Of a DNA stretch of 64,000 bases, positions 38,843 to 49,413 are shown piece by piece; positions within the stretch are counted from its first letter, which is position 1, and each line of letters begins with the position of its first letter. A model generated the notes under the pieces. It was not told the DNA's origin. It saw only the letters and a list, made by a program, of their open reading frames with translations, and ran no database searches. Location of the stretch: the NCBI GenBank assembly GCA_019057865.1, contig JAHLWP010000011.1:6248-70247 (forward strand), given 5' to 3'. Source of the DNA: Promethearchaeota archaeon. GTDB taxonomy: Archaea; Asgardarchaeota; Lokiarchaeia; Sigyniarchaeales; SOKP01. Made by a program: the position numbers and the translations under genes.

Positions 38843-40900
38843 ATGAAAATTATAAATGCTAAATCCTTAATGGTTCTTTCTTTGTTTCTTACCTCAATGA
38901 TTGCAATGCCAGTTATGGTATCTGCTGACGACGATAATAAATTTGACTTTGATCAGTGGGGAGGTAGCGAGGGTTTTGTTACTGGTTTTCAGGGAGGCTT
39001 TGGAAGTATTTTTGGAGGATTAGGTTATGCAGGAAATCTGTTAGGACATGTTTTTCAAATGTTATTTGTTCAAGCATATGAGAGTTTTGATAGTAAAGAG
39101 ATGCTACCAGGCGTCTATGTTTTAAGTGCATTTAATGAAACGAAAACTCCAGTTAAAGTTAATGATTATGGACCTGTTGGTGTTAGTGAATACCATCTAC
39201 TACCGGAGGATTATGCTGCAGGACTTCCACCAGATACGACAGCTTACTGTGAAGTAGTAAAGAGTGGTTCATATGAGTATAATATGACTGTTGGGGCAGG
39301 AGTCACACTTATAATTTGGGATAGCGATAATTCATTCATTAAAGCAGTTAAAAAGTTAATTAGCTTTTTCAAAGAAATAGAAGCGATCGAAGGAGAAGAG
39401 ATTCCTGAGGATCTTATTAGAGAAGGAGTAGAACTAATTGTTTGGTTTTTAATCCATATAAATGATATTATCACTGGCGATGAACTTTTTATATTGAATC
39501 CCATTACCTGGCAGAAATTAGAAATTACTCCAACTACTTTTCAAATAACAAAAACATGGTATCTTTCTGCTACTGAGAATATAATTGATCCTAGTGGTGA
39601 TGATGTTCTTAACGCAATAACATATCCAATAATATACAATCAATTGAATACAAATGCCAGTAACAGAAAAGATATTTATATGCAATGGTTATTGAGAGAT
39701 ACAGAAATTATACCCAATGAAAAATTATACTGGACAGCATTTACCTTCGATTTAATTGAATTATGGATGAAAAATTTTGAAATTCATATTGACATAGCAG
39801 AACTTATTGACATTGGAAGTGGAGAGGGAGGCGATCCTGCGAAAGCTTTTCAGGGATGTGATATTGAATTTTACCTATTTACCCATCATTTAGCTGGTGC
39901 TTTCCTCTATAATGATTTAAATCTTGATCGTGAACTTTCTGTGAACTATACAGATACAACAGTAACAATTGATGGTGAGGATAAAGATATATCATATCCA
40001 GTGAGTTCTGAACTTACTCACAGATTAATTTTAAGATATGTGGACAATTACAATTTTATACCTCCAACTAAGAATGATGATAATACTATTTCATGGGGAT
40101 TACAATTACAAGATGTTAATATCTCTGCAGTTCCTGTTGGCATTGATTTAGATTCCTATCTAGCAGCTCCTCAAGAAAATCTAGATTATGTTCATTTTGG
40201 ATTTACTTTTGATCCAGAAAAGAACGTACGAGGAGCAGATGCCGTAGGGAAAATAAAACTAGACCAATACTTTGCTCCATGGAATAATGATACTGATCCC
40301 TACGCAAATGCTGATATTACAGATTTGGATATGGCAATAATTTATGTGTCAACTATATTACATTTTCACTTAAATGTAGCAACTTCTGGTGTTGTTGAAC
40401 CTCCTGATGCAAACATAGATGATTTTTATGATGATGATCCAAATGATGACGATTATGTTAAAGAGACTCATGAATTAAAGGTTGGAAATTACCTTGGCGG
40501 CTCAGAACCACTGGATTTCGTTGATATTGCCGGACCATATTATGATTATGGTAATGAAACCCTCCCTAGAGGACGTGATAATGCGAGTACTGCTATCATC
40601 CCTCTTGCTGTATGGACTGGTGAAATGGAAAGACATGATACATTTGTACCACCAAGTGAAACAGATGTACAACCTTTTGCTACTGATATTAGGGTTAATA
40701 TAAGTTTTACTGTAGTAGCTTACGCGGTATGTTATCCTGAATTTGAGGATGGCACCGGAATTTGGCACGACCCTACTTTCTCAGTTTTCATGACTTTTCA
40801 AACTCCAGAATTCTGGGCTTTAATTGTATTGATTGCTGGTATTGGATTAGTCGGTGTTGCAACGATATTGATAAAAAGAAGAAAGGACATGAGAATCTAA
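38843..40900 (+). CDS. Secreted acidic cell-surface protein with C-terminal TM anchor
   Basis: Signal peptide, several N-x-S/T sequons, C-terminal TM plus KRRK. Confidence 0.75.
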   Translation: MKIINAKSLMVLSLFLTSMIAMPVMVSADDDNKFDFDQWGGSEGFVTGFQGGFGSIFGGLGYAGNLLGHVFQMLFVQAYESFDSKEMLPGVYVLSAFNETKTPVKVNDYGPVGVSEYHLLPEDYAAGLPPDTTAYCEVVKSGSYEYNMTVGAGVTLIIWDSDNSFIKAVKKLISFFKEIEAIEGEEIPEDLIREGVELIVWFLIHINDIITGDELFILNPITWQKLEITPTTFQITKTWYLSATENIIDPSGDDVLNAITYPIIYNQLNTNASNRKDIYMQWLLRDTEIIPNEKLYWTAFTFDLIELWMKNFEIHIDIAELIDIGSGEGGDPAKAFQGCDIEFYLFTHHLAGAFLYNDLNLDRELSVNYTDTTVTIDGEDKDISYPVSSELTHRLILRYVDNYNFIPPTKNDDNTISWGLQLQDVNISAVPVGIDLDSYLAAPQENLDYVHFGFTFDPEKNVRGADAVGKIKLDQYFAPWNNDTDPYANADITDLDMAIIYVSTILHFHLNVATSGVVEPPDANIDDFYDDDPNDDDYVKETHELKVGNYLGGSEPLDFVDIAGPYYDYGNETLPRGRDNASTAIIPLAVWTGEMERHDTFVPPSETDVQPFATDIRVNISFTVVAYAVCYPEFEDGTGIWHDPTFSVFMTFQTPEFWALIVLIAGIGLVGVATILIKRRKDMRI

Positions 40901-41035
40901 AAAATATATTTTTTTAAAATTTTATTTTTTTTTATTTTTATTTTCTTGAAACTTTATCCTACAAAGTTTTAAATTTTGATATATCTAAATGATATAAAGA
41001 GAAAAAAATTTTACAAGTATCAGTGAGAAGAAGAA

Positions 41036-42826
41036 ATGCCAATTAAGTTAGATGATACCTATCAAGTAGATGAAAATGAACGATGGTTTAAGAAATGGTG
41101 GCCTGAGGGAATCCCTTTTAATACTACATTTGAAGAAAAAACTACAAATGAATTTTTAGACGAGCAAGTGGCGAAGCATTCTAATGAAAATTTAATTTGG
41201 TTTTTAGATACTTGGATTTCTTATAAACAATTTCAAGAGTATGTAAAATCATTTGCTACGGCATTAGCTGATTTAGGCATTAAAGCCGGGGATGTTGTAG
41301 CAATCCACATGCCTAACTGTCCTCAATATATAGTAGGATATTATGCTATTACTAGAATAGGAGCTATTGCTAGTGGAATTAATCCCACTTACCAACCTAT
41401 GGAAATATTACATCAACTTGACATTATAAAGCCTAAAATGTTAATTGTATTAGATGCTTTATATAAGACTTATATTAAACCTATTATTGAGGAATCAAGT
41501 GTAAAAATAATTGTTTATACTAATCTAGCAGATCTAACTGATATGATTAGTGTAAAAAAGATTGTTGGCAAATTTGTAAAGAAGATTCCTACAGGGAAAG
41601 TTGATTATCCTAATGCATATAGATTTAAAGATCTTCTTAAAACTAAGCCAAATATTCCAGAAATTAAAATTAATGTTAAGACCCATCCTGCAACTTATAT
41701 AATGACCGGTGGAACAACAGGTTTGCCAAAAGCATCAGTTTTAACGCACTTTAATGTAGTATCCAATGCTAAACAATGCAAATTATGGTTGGGTGGAGAA
41801 AGACCATGTATAGGAAATATTGGGATACTTCCATTATTTCACAGTTTTGCTCATACAGTAGTTATGAATACTACTATAGCAGTTGGAGGTTGGATCATGC
41901 TCTTTCCAAGTCCTCCTTCACAAACAGAATTATGTGAAGAAATCGAAAAATTACCATGTACAGAAGGATTAATTTATGCGGGTACTGAAATGCTATTCAA
42001 AAGGCTAGCTGAACTCAAAAGAATAAAAAAAAGATACCCAGGAGTAATGGGAAAATTAATATTATGTGTTTCAAGTGCCGGTCCATTGCATAAAGCGGTA
42101 CATGATGCCTTTATTGAAAATACTGGTGGTAGAATTGTGGAAGCTTATGGATTATCAGAAGCCAGCCCTGCTGTAAGTGCTGGTAATTTATTTGGTGAAA
42201 GTCCAGTTGGCAGCATAGGTGTGCCATTCCCAGGAACAGAATGGGGCATCTGGCCAACAGACAATTTCAATTTAGGTCCTATATGTTTAGGAAATCCAGA
42301 TGATAAAAATTTTGGTATTGAACATTCTGGAGAAATTTGTGTTGCTGGTCCCCAGATCATGTTAGAATATTTAAACGAACCAGATGAAACTGCTGATACA
42401 ATTTTAGAATACAAAGATAAATTATGGTTATTAACAGGAGATATTGGTTTTATGAATGAAGATGGCACAATCGTAATTAGGGATCGAAAGAAACAACTTA
42501 TTAAACATAAGGGTTATTCTGTATTTCCTAAAGAAGTAGAAGAACTCCTAATGAAACATCCAGATATTGCCGAAGCGGCAGTAGCAGGGTTACCACATGA
42601 GGAATATGGAGAAGTTATAAAAGCATGGGTTTCAATAAAAGAAGATTGTAATTTATCACCCCAGACGATAAAAGAATGGGCTACTGAAAATATGGCACTT
42701 TATAAAGTACCTTATTCTATTGCTATTGTTGGAGAATTGCCAAAAAATATCATAGGAAAGGTTCAGCGTAGAGCACTTCAAATTAAAGACCCGTTATATA
42801 TTGAAAAATACGGAGATTCTCAATGA
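41036..42826 (+). CDS. fadD: Long-chain-fatty-acid--CoA ligase
   Basis: TGGTTGLPK, YGLSEASP, TGDIG, DRKKQLIK, GKVQRR. Confidence 0.9.
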   Translation: MPIKLDDTYQVDENERWFKKWWPEGIPFNTTFEEKTTNEFLDEQVAKHSNENLIWFLDTWISYKQFQEYVKSFATALADLGIKAGDVVAIHMPNCPQYIVGYYAITRIGAIASGINPTYQPMEILHQLDIIKPKMLIVLDALYKTYIKPIIEESSVKIIVYTNLADLTDMISVKKIVGKFVKKIPTGKVDYPNAYRFKDLLKTKPNIPEIKINVKTHPATYIMTGGTTGLPKASVLTHFNVVSNAKQCKLWLGGERPCIGNIGILPLFHSFAHTVVMNTTIAVGGWIMLFPSPPSQTELCEEIEKLPCTEGLIYAGTEMLFKRLAELKRIKKRYPGVMGKLILCVSSAGPLHKAVHDAFIENTGGRIVEAYGLSEASPAVSAGNLFGESPVGSIGVPFPGTEWGIWPTDNFNLGPICLGNPDDKNFGIEHSGEICVAGPQIMLEYLNEPDETADTILEYKDKLWLLTGDIGFMNEDGTIVIRDRKKQLIKHKGYSVFPKEVEELLMKHPDIAEAAVAGLPHEEYGEVIKAWVSIKEDCNLSPQTIKEWATENMALYKVPYSIAIVGELPKNIIGKVQRRALQIKDPLYIEKYGDSQ

Positions 42827-42968
42827 GGTTTTATTAAAAACAAGTATTAAAAATCTTAATGATTAAATTAATCCAAATACGTAATTTTTTTTATTTTTCA
42901 AGATATTTTGAAATATCAAAAAATAATAAATAATTTTAAAAATTATATTAAGATAAAGGATTGCATAG

Positions 42969-43000
42969 ATTCTAGTGTATAATTTCTAGTACACTAGAAT
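42969..43000. promoter_or_regulatory. Palindromic operator-like site ATTCTAGTGTA-N10-TACACTAGAAT
   Basis: Perfect 11-bp inverted repeat 70 nt upstream of a wHTH gene. Confidence 0.55.
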
Positions 43001-43069
43001 AGTAATTAATAAAAATATAAGTTTTTTTTAATAAGATAATAAATAAATAAAACTTAGAGAGACAATATT

Positions 43070-43996
43070 TTGTCAGAAAAACCAGAAATAGAAAAACTTG
43101 AAATAGAGGCTGCGAAACTAGAAGGAGTAAAAGTAAAAGATAACGAGCTTTTATTAATTGATGAATTAGTTCAAGATTATGCTCCAGAAATTGCTCACAT
43201 TTATGATTTTAGAGAGGATGAATCAGAAGAACAACAAATTAAAACAGGACGCCTTCATGAAAACCGTATCTTAGGTATTATCCTAAAATTTTACCTAAAA
43301 GGTAAAAAGAAAATTACTACAACTCAAGTTGAGCAAGAGTATAAAAGATATTATAAAGAAATTGCTCGTTCTACAATTTCGACTTACTTAAATATGCTAA
43401 AAAAAGAATCCACATTATATAAAGAAAGAGATGGTAGAGTAGTTTATTACATTTTTTATGAAGATCCTCCAAAAGATATTAAGCCATTTTGGTTTACTAG
43501 AATTTTTTGTATTGTTCCAGCTTACTTTGATAGAGCAATGTATTTTTCGAAATTGTATCTAAAGTCTGAATTATATACTCAAGAATACATTAAACGAACC
43601 AACAATGGAAATAAACAAATATTAAACAAGAATTTCAAATTTCTGACTGGTTTAATTGTTTTAAATATTTTAAAAAATAGAAGTTCAAAATGTGTATTTT
43701 GTCAATTTAGTAAACGAGAAATTTATAATACTTTACAGGAGGCAATATCGGTTGCAATTAAAGACCGATCTGATGTTTTACCTGAAGAATTGTTAGATTT
43801 TCTAATCAATGAGTATTCAGAAATCCCTATATTTAATGGGATCAATATTGAATGTCAAGAAACAGAAAAACTAATACTTGAAAATATCTTTAAATTTGCT
43901 GACAATTATAAAAAAGATTTAGAATTTCAGATAATGGTTTCAAGTAGAAGACAAGATATAAGATTAAAACAAAAAGAAATTATGGAACAAGAATAA
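43070..43996 (+). CDS. Winged-helix domain protein (putative transcription regulator)
   Basis: IARSTISTYLNMLKKESTLYKERDGRVVYY wHTH motif. Confidence 0.65.
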   Translation: MSEKPEIEKLEIEAAKLEGVKVKDNELLLIDELVQDYAPEIAHIYDFREDESEEQQIKTGRLHENRILGIILKFYLKGKKKITTTQVEQEYKRYYKEIARSTISTYLNMLKKESTLYKERDGRVVYYIFYEDPPKDIKPFWFTRIFCIVPAYFDRAMYFSKLYLKSELYTQEYIKRTNNGNKQILNKNFKFLTGLIVLNILKNRSSKCVFCQFSKREIYNTLQEAISVAIKDRSDVLPEELLDFLINEYSEIPIFNGINIECQETEKLILENIFKFADNYKKDLEFQIMVSSRRQDIRLKQKEIMEQE

Positions 43997-44070
43997 ATAC
44001 AATCCATAAGATAAACAATAATTTATTTCTTTACTTATAAAATAAGATTTTAAGTGTTCTTTGATAAACA

Positions 44071-44601
44071 CTAAAGCAGATTAGATTTTTGCATCATTAA
44101 GCTTGTTAGTGCTTCAAATGTTTCTTCTACATTTTCTCCTGTTTTAGAACTACACTCAATAAAACCGTCTACTCCTCTTGATTTTGATATATTAATTCCT
44201 TCCTCTCCAGAGATTTCACGATCATCAATTAAATCTGCCTTCCCGCCAACTACAATAACAGGAAATTGATCTTCTGATCTAATTTCTTTTTTAACAATTA
44301 ATAACCAATCATCTATGTGAGCCAAACTCGAGTAATTTGTGACATCGTACATGAAGAGCGCCCCATTTGCACCCCTAACATATGTTGGCAACAGGAATCT
44401 AAACCTTTCTTCACCTCCAAAATCCCAGATCTGAAGTTTTACTTTCTTTTCATTAATTTCCAAACTTTTTACTTCAAAATCCACACCTATTGTCATCTTA
44501 GAATCTGATTTAAACAAATTAGTAAGGAACCTTTGGGTTAAGGTAGTTTTCCCTGTTCCCGCATCACCGAATATTACTACTTTGTATGTTGCGTCGTACA
44601 T
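44071..44601 (-). CDS. Rab-like small GTPase (variant G3/G4)
   Basis: GDAGTGKT, TIGVDF, WDFGGEERFR, GGKAD, CSSK. Confidence 0.92.
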   Translation of the reverse strand: MYDATYKVVIFGDAGTGKTTLTQRFLTNLFKSDSKMTIGVDFEVKSLEINEKKVKLQIWDFGGEERFRFLLPTYVRGANGALFMYDVTNYSSLAHIDDWLLIVKKEIRSEDQFPVIVVGGKADLIDDREISGEEGINISKSRGVDGFIECSSKTGENVEETFEALTSLMMQKSNLL

Positions 44602-45060
44602 TAACTTCCTCTTCCGAAACTTTATTTTAGTTTAATTTTTATACTTAAGGGAGGTATTTTTTATCTTTTTTAATTATATAGATATTTTACATTTAAATTT
44701 TATTTTTAAGGATTTATGTTTTAATAGATGGTTATTCTTTTAAGATTTCTATGTTTATTATGTAATTCATATATATAAATGTTTTAAAGCATTATAAATA
44801 AAATATCGAATTATAATTTATAATTTTAATGTAATAATTTTGAAACTTATGTTGTAAGAACCATTTACTATTTTCAATTTGTTATATAAGTTAATAATTC
44901 TGTTTTTTCTATAATTAGTCATGAAAATATGACAAGTAAAGTTTCTTTAAATAATCTTGTAATGAAAGAGATTGACAATAAAAGTTAAATGTATATTAAA
45001 CTTTTACAAACTTAGAAGTTTTTTAACTACAAATGGGGAGTAAATTCTCTAAAAAATCGA

Positions 45061-45442
45061 ATGAGAGTGAGGATAATAACTGAGGTAAAAGATAAATGTG
45101 GGAAGTGCGGAGCAAAAATATCTCCTGATTATGATTTTTGCCATTCATGTGGTACCAAATTCAGTAAAATAGCAGCAACAACAAGAAAAAGAGAAAAAAA
45201 AAAATCATTATACTAAAAAAATAGTAGGTTCTAACCTTGATCGAGTTGAACGTTTAGAGCAATATATGAAAAGGAAACATAAAGTTCAATTAGCAATTGC
45301 TATTATAGGAGCAATCATAGGCGGGATAATAGGTGGGATCTGATGGGTAAACCTAGGAAAGATTGAAAATTGGTGGATTATCCCTCTTGGAATACTCATA
45401 GGTGCTGTCGGTCCCTTTTTCATATATGATATGTATATGTAA
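45061..45442 (+). pseudogene. Disrupted zinc-ribbon membrane protein
   Basis: CGKCG...FCHSCG N-terminus, frameshift near the A-run at ~45195, in-frame TGA at 45341 between two TM segments. Confidence 0.6.
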
Positions 45443-45533
45443 ATCTCAAAAAATAAATTCTTTTACTTATTTTTTACTTTAATCTATACTTAATGTATTA
45501 GTCTATTTTTAATAACTATATGGTAATAAGATA

Positions 45534-46649
45534 ATGAGTAAAGAAAAGAAAAGCCCTTATGAAATTGATGAGACAATTTACCAGCGATTTGAAGAGAAAA
45601 ACAATATGATTTATCGCCGTTTATGGGATAAATCTTTACCAACTTATGGTCAAATGTTTTTTACTAATATTCAAAAGCATATTGATTCTAAAAAAGAAGG
45701 ATATTCCCGTATTGATTTTAATCTTGTTAAATCAGGTTGGACAGTCTATGAAAAATTTCCATTTGCATTTGCGTGGGAAAGAAAGGATCATTATACAGGA
45801 GATTATGGGAAGAAATGGACAAAATCAAAATTTAAAGTTGAAAATCTTGAGGATTTTACTGAAATAATAAAAAAGACTGCAAAATTTTATGGTGCATCAT
45901 TGGTAGGAATTGTTGATATTGATGAGAGATGGATTTACAAAACAGGATTTATCAGACCAGAAAATAAAAGTGAAGAAGATTCTAAAGGGAAAGTAAGGGA
46001 GGGTGTACAAAGTGTTTCTATTCTTCAGCAGCCAATTAATTTGCCAGAGGGTATAAATAAAGTTATTGTAATGGCAATTGAAATGGATAAAGATGCTATC
46101 TCTACGGCACCTGCTCAACCTGCAGCCGCAACTGCAGCTGTAGTTTACTCCAAAATGGCTTTTACAATAGCATGTGTAGGTGAATTTATAAGGAACTTAG
46201 GATATAGAGCAATACAATGTGGAAATGATACCGCGTTGAGTATACCCCTAGCTATTGATGCAGGATTAGGTGCATTAGGGAGATTAGGTTTGTTAATAAC
46301 CCCCGAGTTTGGTCCAAGAGTAAGAATTTGCAAAGTATTTACAGATTTACCATTAAGAACGGATAAACCTAATCTTGAATTTATAAAAAAAGTTGAAAAC
46401 TTTTGTAAGAATTGTTTTAAATGTGCTGAAGCATGCGAAACAGAAGCAATTACTAAAGATAAAGAACCTAAATTTAAAAGTGAATCAATAAGTAACAATT
46501 CTGGCGTAAAAAAATATCATGTTAATGTGGAAAAATGCTTTGAATTTTGGATTGAAAATAGTAGTGACTGTGGGGCATGTATTGCAGTTTGCCCATTTTC
46601 AAAGATTATTAATTATCTAACTCCTAATGAGTTCTGGAAATTAGATTAA
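45534..46649 (+). CDS. Reductive dehalogenase (RdhA-like, cobalamin + 2x[4Fe-4S], no Tat signal)
   Basis: AKFYGASLVGI, LGYRA, SIPLAIDAGLG-LGR-GLLITPEFGPRVR, CxxCxxCxxxC and C..CGACIAVCP. Confidence 0.85.
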   Translation: MSKEKKSPYEIDETIYQRFEEKNNMIYRRLWDKSLPTYGQMFFTNIQKHIDSKKEGYSRIDFNLVKSGWTVYEKFPFAFAWERKDHYTGDYGKKWTKSKFKVENLEDFTEIIKKTAKFYGASLVGIVDIDERWIYKTGFIRPENKSEEDSKGKVREGVQSVSILQQPINLPEGINKVIVMAIEMDKDAISTAPAQPAAATAAVVYSKMAFTIACVGEFIRNLGYRAIQCGNDTALSIPLAIDAGLGALGRLGLLITPEFGPRVRICKVFTDLPLRTDKPNLEFIKKVENFCKNCFKCAEACETEAITKDKEPKFKSESISNNSGVKKYHVNVEKCFEFWIENSSDCGACIAVCPFSKIINYLTPNEFWKLD

Positions 46650-46755
46650 ATAGAATAATCAAAAATTTTATGAGCTATTTTTGATATATTTAACAAAACA
46701 GATAAAAGTTTCAATCCTTTATTATTAGATAATTTGATTATTTTATTTCTGAAAA

Positions 46756-48471
46756 ATGAATATTGTTGATAAAAAAACAATCGCAGAATTTTTAGGTGAA
46801 TATGTAACCTATATCTCAGTAGAAGAACTTGAGAGTATAATTGAAATTCCTCCTCCTGAAATTAGTTATACATATGCATTTCCATGCTTCCAATTAGCTA
46901 AGTGGGAAAAAAAAGCTCCAAATATTATTGCAGAAAACTTACAGAAGAATTTATCTTTAACAGATTACTTAGAAAGTATTGAAGCAATAGGTCCTTATCT
47001 CAACTTCAAAATTAAATCTTCAATAATTTTGCAGAATATTTATGAACTTGGGGGAGATTATGGTAGAATTTATGAAGAAGCAAAGAAAAAGAAATCTAAA
47101 CCGTCAAAAATAGTAATAGAATACCCTGCTCCTAATACAAATAAACCTCTTCATTTTGGTCATATTCGAAATATACTTTTAGGTCGTTCTATTTCAAATC
47201 TTTTGAGATATAAAGGGGATAACGTGTTTGAAGTTAATTTATATAATAATAGAGGGATTCATATCTGCAAATCTATGCTTGCATATAAGAAATGGGGTAA
47301 AAAAGAAGAACCAAATGTAAAAAGTGACCACTTTGTAGGAGACTATTACGTTAAATATGTTCAAACGGAAAAGAAAGATAAACAGTTAATAGATGACGTT
47401 TATGATTTGCTAAAATTATGGGAGAGTGGAGATAATGAGACCAGAGAGTTATGGACAAAAATGAATAAATGGGCGATTGATGGCTTTAAAGAAACCTTCA
47501 AAAAATTCAATATAAATTTCGATAAAGAGTATTTTGAATCGGAAATATATGAAAAAGGTAAAGAAATTGTTCTTTCGAACCTTGAGAAAGGTATCTTTGA
47601 AAAAACCGAAGACGGAGCTGTTTTTGCTAGTTTAAAGGAAAAATATAATTTACCTAATAAAATTTTACTTAGAAGAGATGGAACTTCAGTCTATATTACG
47701 CAAGATATTTATCTAGCATTCCTTAAAAAACAAGATTTTGATTATGATAAGTCAATTTATGTTGTTGGAAATGAGCAGGATCTATATTTTAAACAACTTT
47801 TTGCTGTTTTAGATTTGATTGGATTTAAAGAAGATAAATATCATCTTTCTTATGGAATGGTTTCTTTACCAGAAGGAAAAATGAAAAGTAGAGAAGGTAT
47901 TGTTGTAGATGCAGACGAGATAGTAGAAAAAATGGAAATGCTTGCTTATGAAGAAGTCAATGAAAGATATCCTGAACTTTTAGAAGAAGAAAAAATAAAA
48001 AGAGCTAATGTTATAGGTATGGCAGCTTTAGTATTTTTCATTTTGAAATTTAATCCAAAATCAGATTTCATATTTAATCCAAAAGAAAGTATATCATTTG
48101 AAGGGGAAACAGGACCATATATTCAATATTGTTATGCAAGAATAGAATCCATAATCTCTAAATCAAAAGAGAGGATTAGCTCTAAGATTAATTGGGCTTT
48201 ATTAAGCCATCATTTAGAGCAAAATTTAATTAAACAGTTAAGTTACTTCCCCGAGATTGTGGACACTACAGCTAAAAATTATAGTATACATTTAATACCT
48301 CAATATCTTCTAAACTTATGCCAAATTTTTAATTCTTTTTACAGTGTTTGTCCTGTTATCTCAGATAATAAAGAATTAGAGAAAGCGAGATTATTATTAA
48401 TAAAATGTGTACAGATTGTAATAAAGATTGGATTAGATATTATGGGAATAGAAATACTCAATAAAATGTAA
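46756..48471 (+). CDS. argS: Arginyl-tRNA synthetase
   Basis: PNTNKPLHFGHIRN (HIGH), KMKSREG, FEGETGPYIQY. Confidence 0.97.
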   Translation: MNIVDKKTIAEFLGEYVTYISVEELESIIEIPPPEISYTYAFPCFQLAKWEKKAPNIIAENLQKNLSLTDYLESIEAIGPYLNFKIKSSIILQNIYELGGDYGRIYEEAKKKKSKPSKIVIEYPAPNTNKPLHFGHIRNILLGRSISNLLRYKGDNVFEVNLYNNRGIHICKSMLAYKKWGKKEEPNVKSDHFVGDYYVKYVQTEKKDKQLIDDVYDLLKLWESGDNETRELWTKMNKWAIDGFKETFKKFNINFDKEYFESEIYEKGKEIVLSNLEKGIFEKTEDGAVFASLKEKYNLPNKILLRRDGTSVYITQDIYLAFLKKQDFDYDKSIYVVGNEQDLYFKQLFAVLDLIGFKEDKYHLSYGMVSLPEGKMKSREGIVVDADEIVEKMEMLAYEEVNERYPELLEEEKIKRANVIGMAALVFFILKFNPKSDFIFNPKESISFEGETGPYIQYCYARIESIISKSKERISSKINWALLSHHLEQNLIKQLSYFPEIVDTTAKNYSIHLIPQYLLNLCQIFNSFYSVCPVISDNKELEKARLLLIKCVQIVIKIGLDIMGIEILNKM

Positions 48472-48498
48472 GATTTAAATTAATAAAAAAGATTTATT

Positions 48499-49410
48499 AT
48501 GAATTTTTTTGATTTCGGAGAATTGATAGATAAAGACACTGAATTTGTCATTTTTGGAATACCTTGGGATTACTTAACTTCAATAGAGGGCCCAAACTCT
48601 GCCATTGCTCCTCAAAAAATACGTGATGTTACTGAGAATTTAGCTCTTACATCTGAAATGGGCTTTAAGATTCCTAATTTAAAAGTTATTGATATTGGAG
48701 ATGTTAATATCGAACCCAAAAACGTAGAGAGGAATCTCAAAGAAATTGAAAATTTTGTCAAAAAGATATTTGAAGAGAAAAAAGAGATAGTCTCTGTAAT
48801 GATTGGAGGAGATCATTTCTGTACTTACCCTGTAGTTAAAGTAATCGGGAATAATTTTGATAATAAAGATAAATTTGGATTTTTAGTTTTTGATTCTCAC
48901 TTAGATCTTTACGAAGAATGGGATAAAGGTGTTTACTCACATGCAACAATCTCCCATCGAATTTATGATATGGAATTTATTAATAATAAAAATTTATTAG
49001 TTGTGGGGACAAGAGATATTGATATTCCTGAGTTAGATATAGCAAATAAAGAAAAAATTGCATATTTAGATGCCTACAAATTAGCTGAAATTGGATTAAG
49101 TGAATATATTAATATAATAATTGATTTTTTTAATGGTTCTGATATCAATAACCTCTATGTATCCATTGATATTGATGCTTTAGACCCTTCTATTGCCCCT
49201 GGTACGGGTTTTGCTATCCCTGGAGGATTTTCTTACCGTGAGATATGGATTATTTTAAGAGAATTAACTAAAAATTTTAATATTAGGGCATTTGACGTGG
49301 TTGAGGTTGCTCCAAATTTGGATAATGCTAATAATATGACTTGTAATTTAGCAGCTAAGTTAATTATAGAATTTATATCATTTATAGCTGAAAAAAATGG
49401 TAAGATTTAA
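48499..49410 (+). CDS. speB: Agmatinase (ureohydrolase family)
   Basis: GGDH, DSHLD, SIDIDALDPSIAPGTG, DVVEVAP. Confidence 0.9.
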   Translation: MNFFDFGELIDKDTEFVIFGIPWDYLTSIEGPNSAIAPQKIRDVTENLALTSEMGFKIPNLKVIDIGDVNIEPKNVERNLKEIENFVKKIFEEKKEIVSVMIGGDHFCTYPVVKVIGNNFDNKDKFGFLVFDSHLDLYEEWDKGVYSHATISHRIYDMEFINNKNLLVVGTRDIDIPELDIANKEKIAYLDAYKLAEIGLSEYINIIIDFFNGSDINNLYVSIDIDALDPSIAPGTGFAIPGGFSYREIWIILRELTKNFNIRAFDVVEVAPNLDNANNMTCNLAAKLIIEFISFIAEKNGKI

Positions 49411-49413
49411 ATA

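Noticed and set aside
45341-45343. In-frame TGA as possible selenocysteine codon
   Set aside because: It lies between TM segments with no redox motif, and the same gene also has a frameshift; pseudogene is more parsimonious
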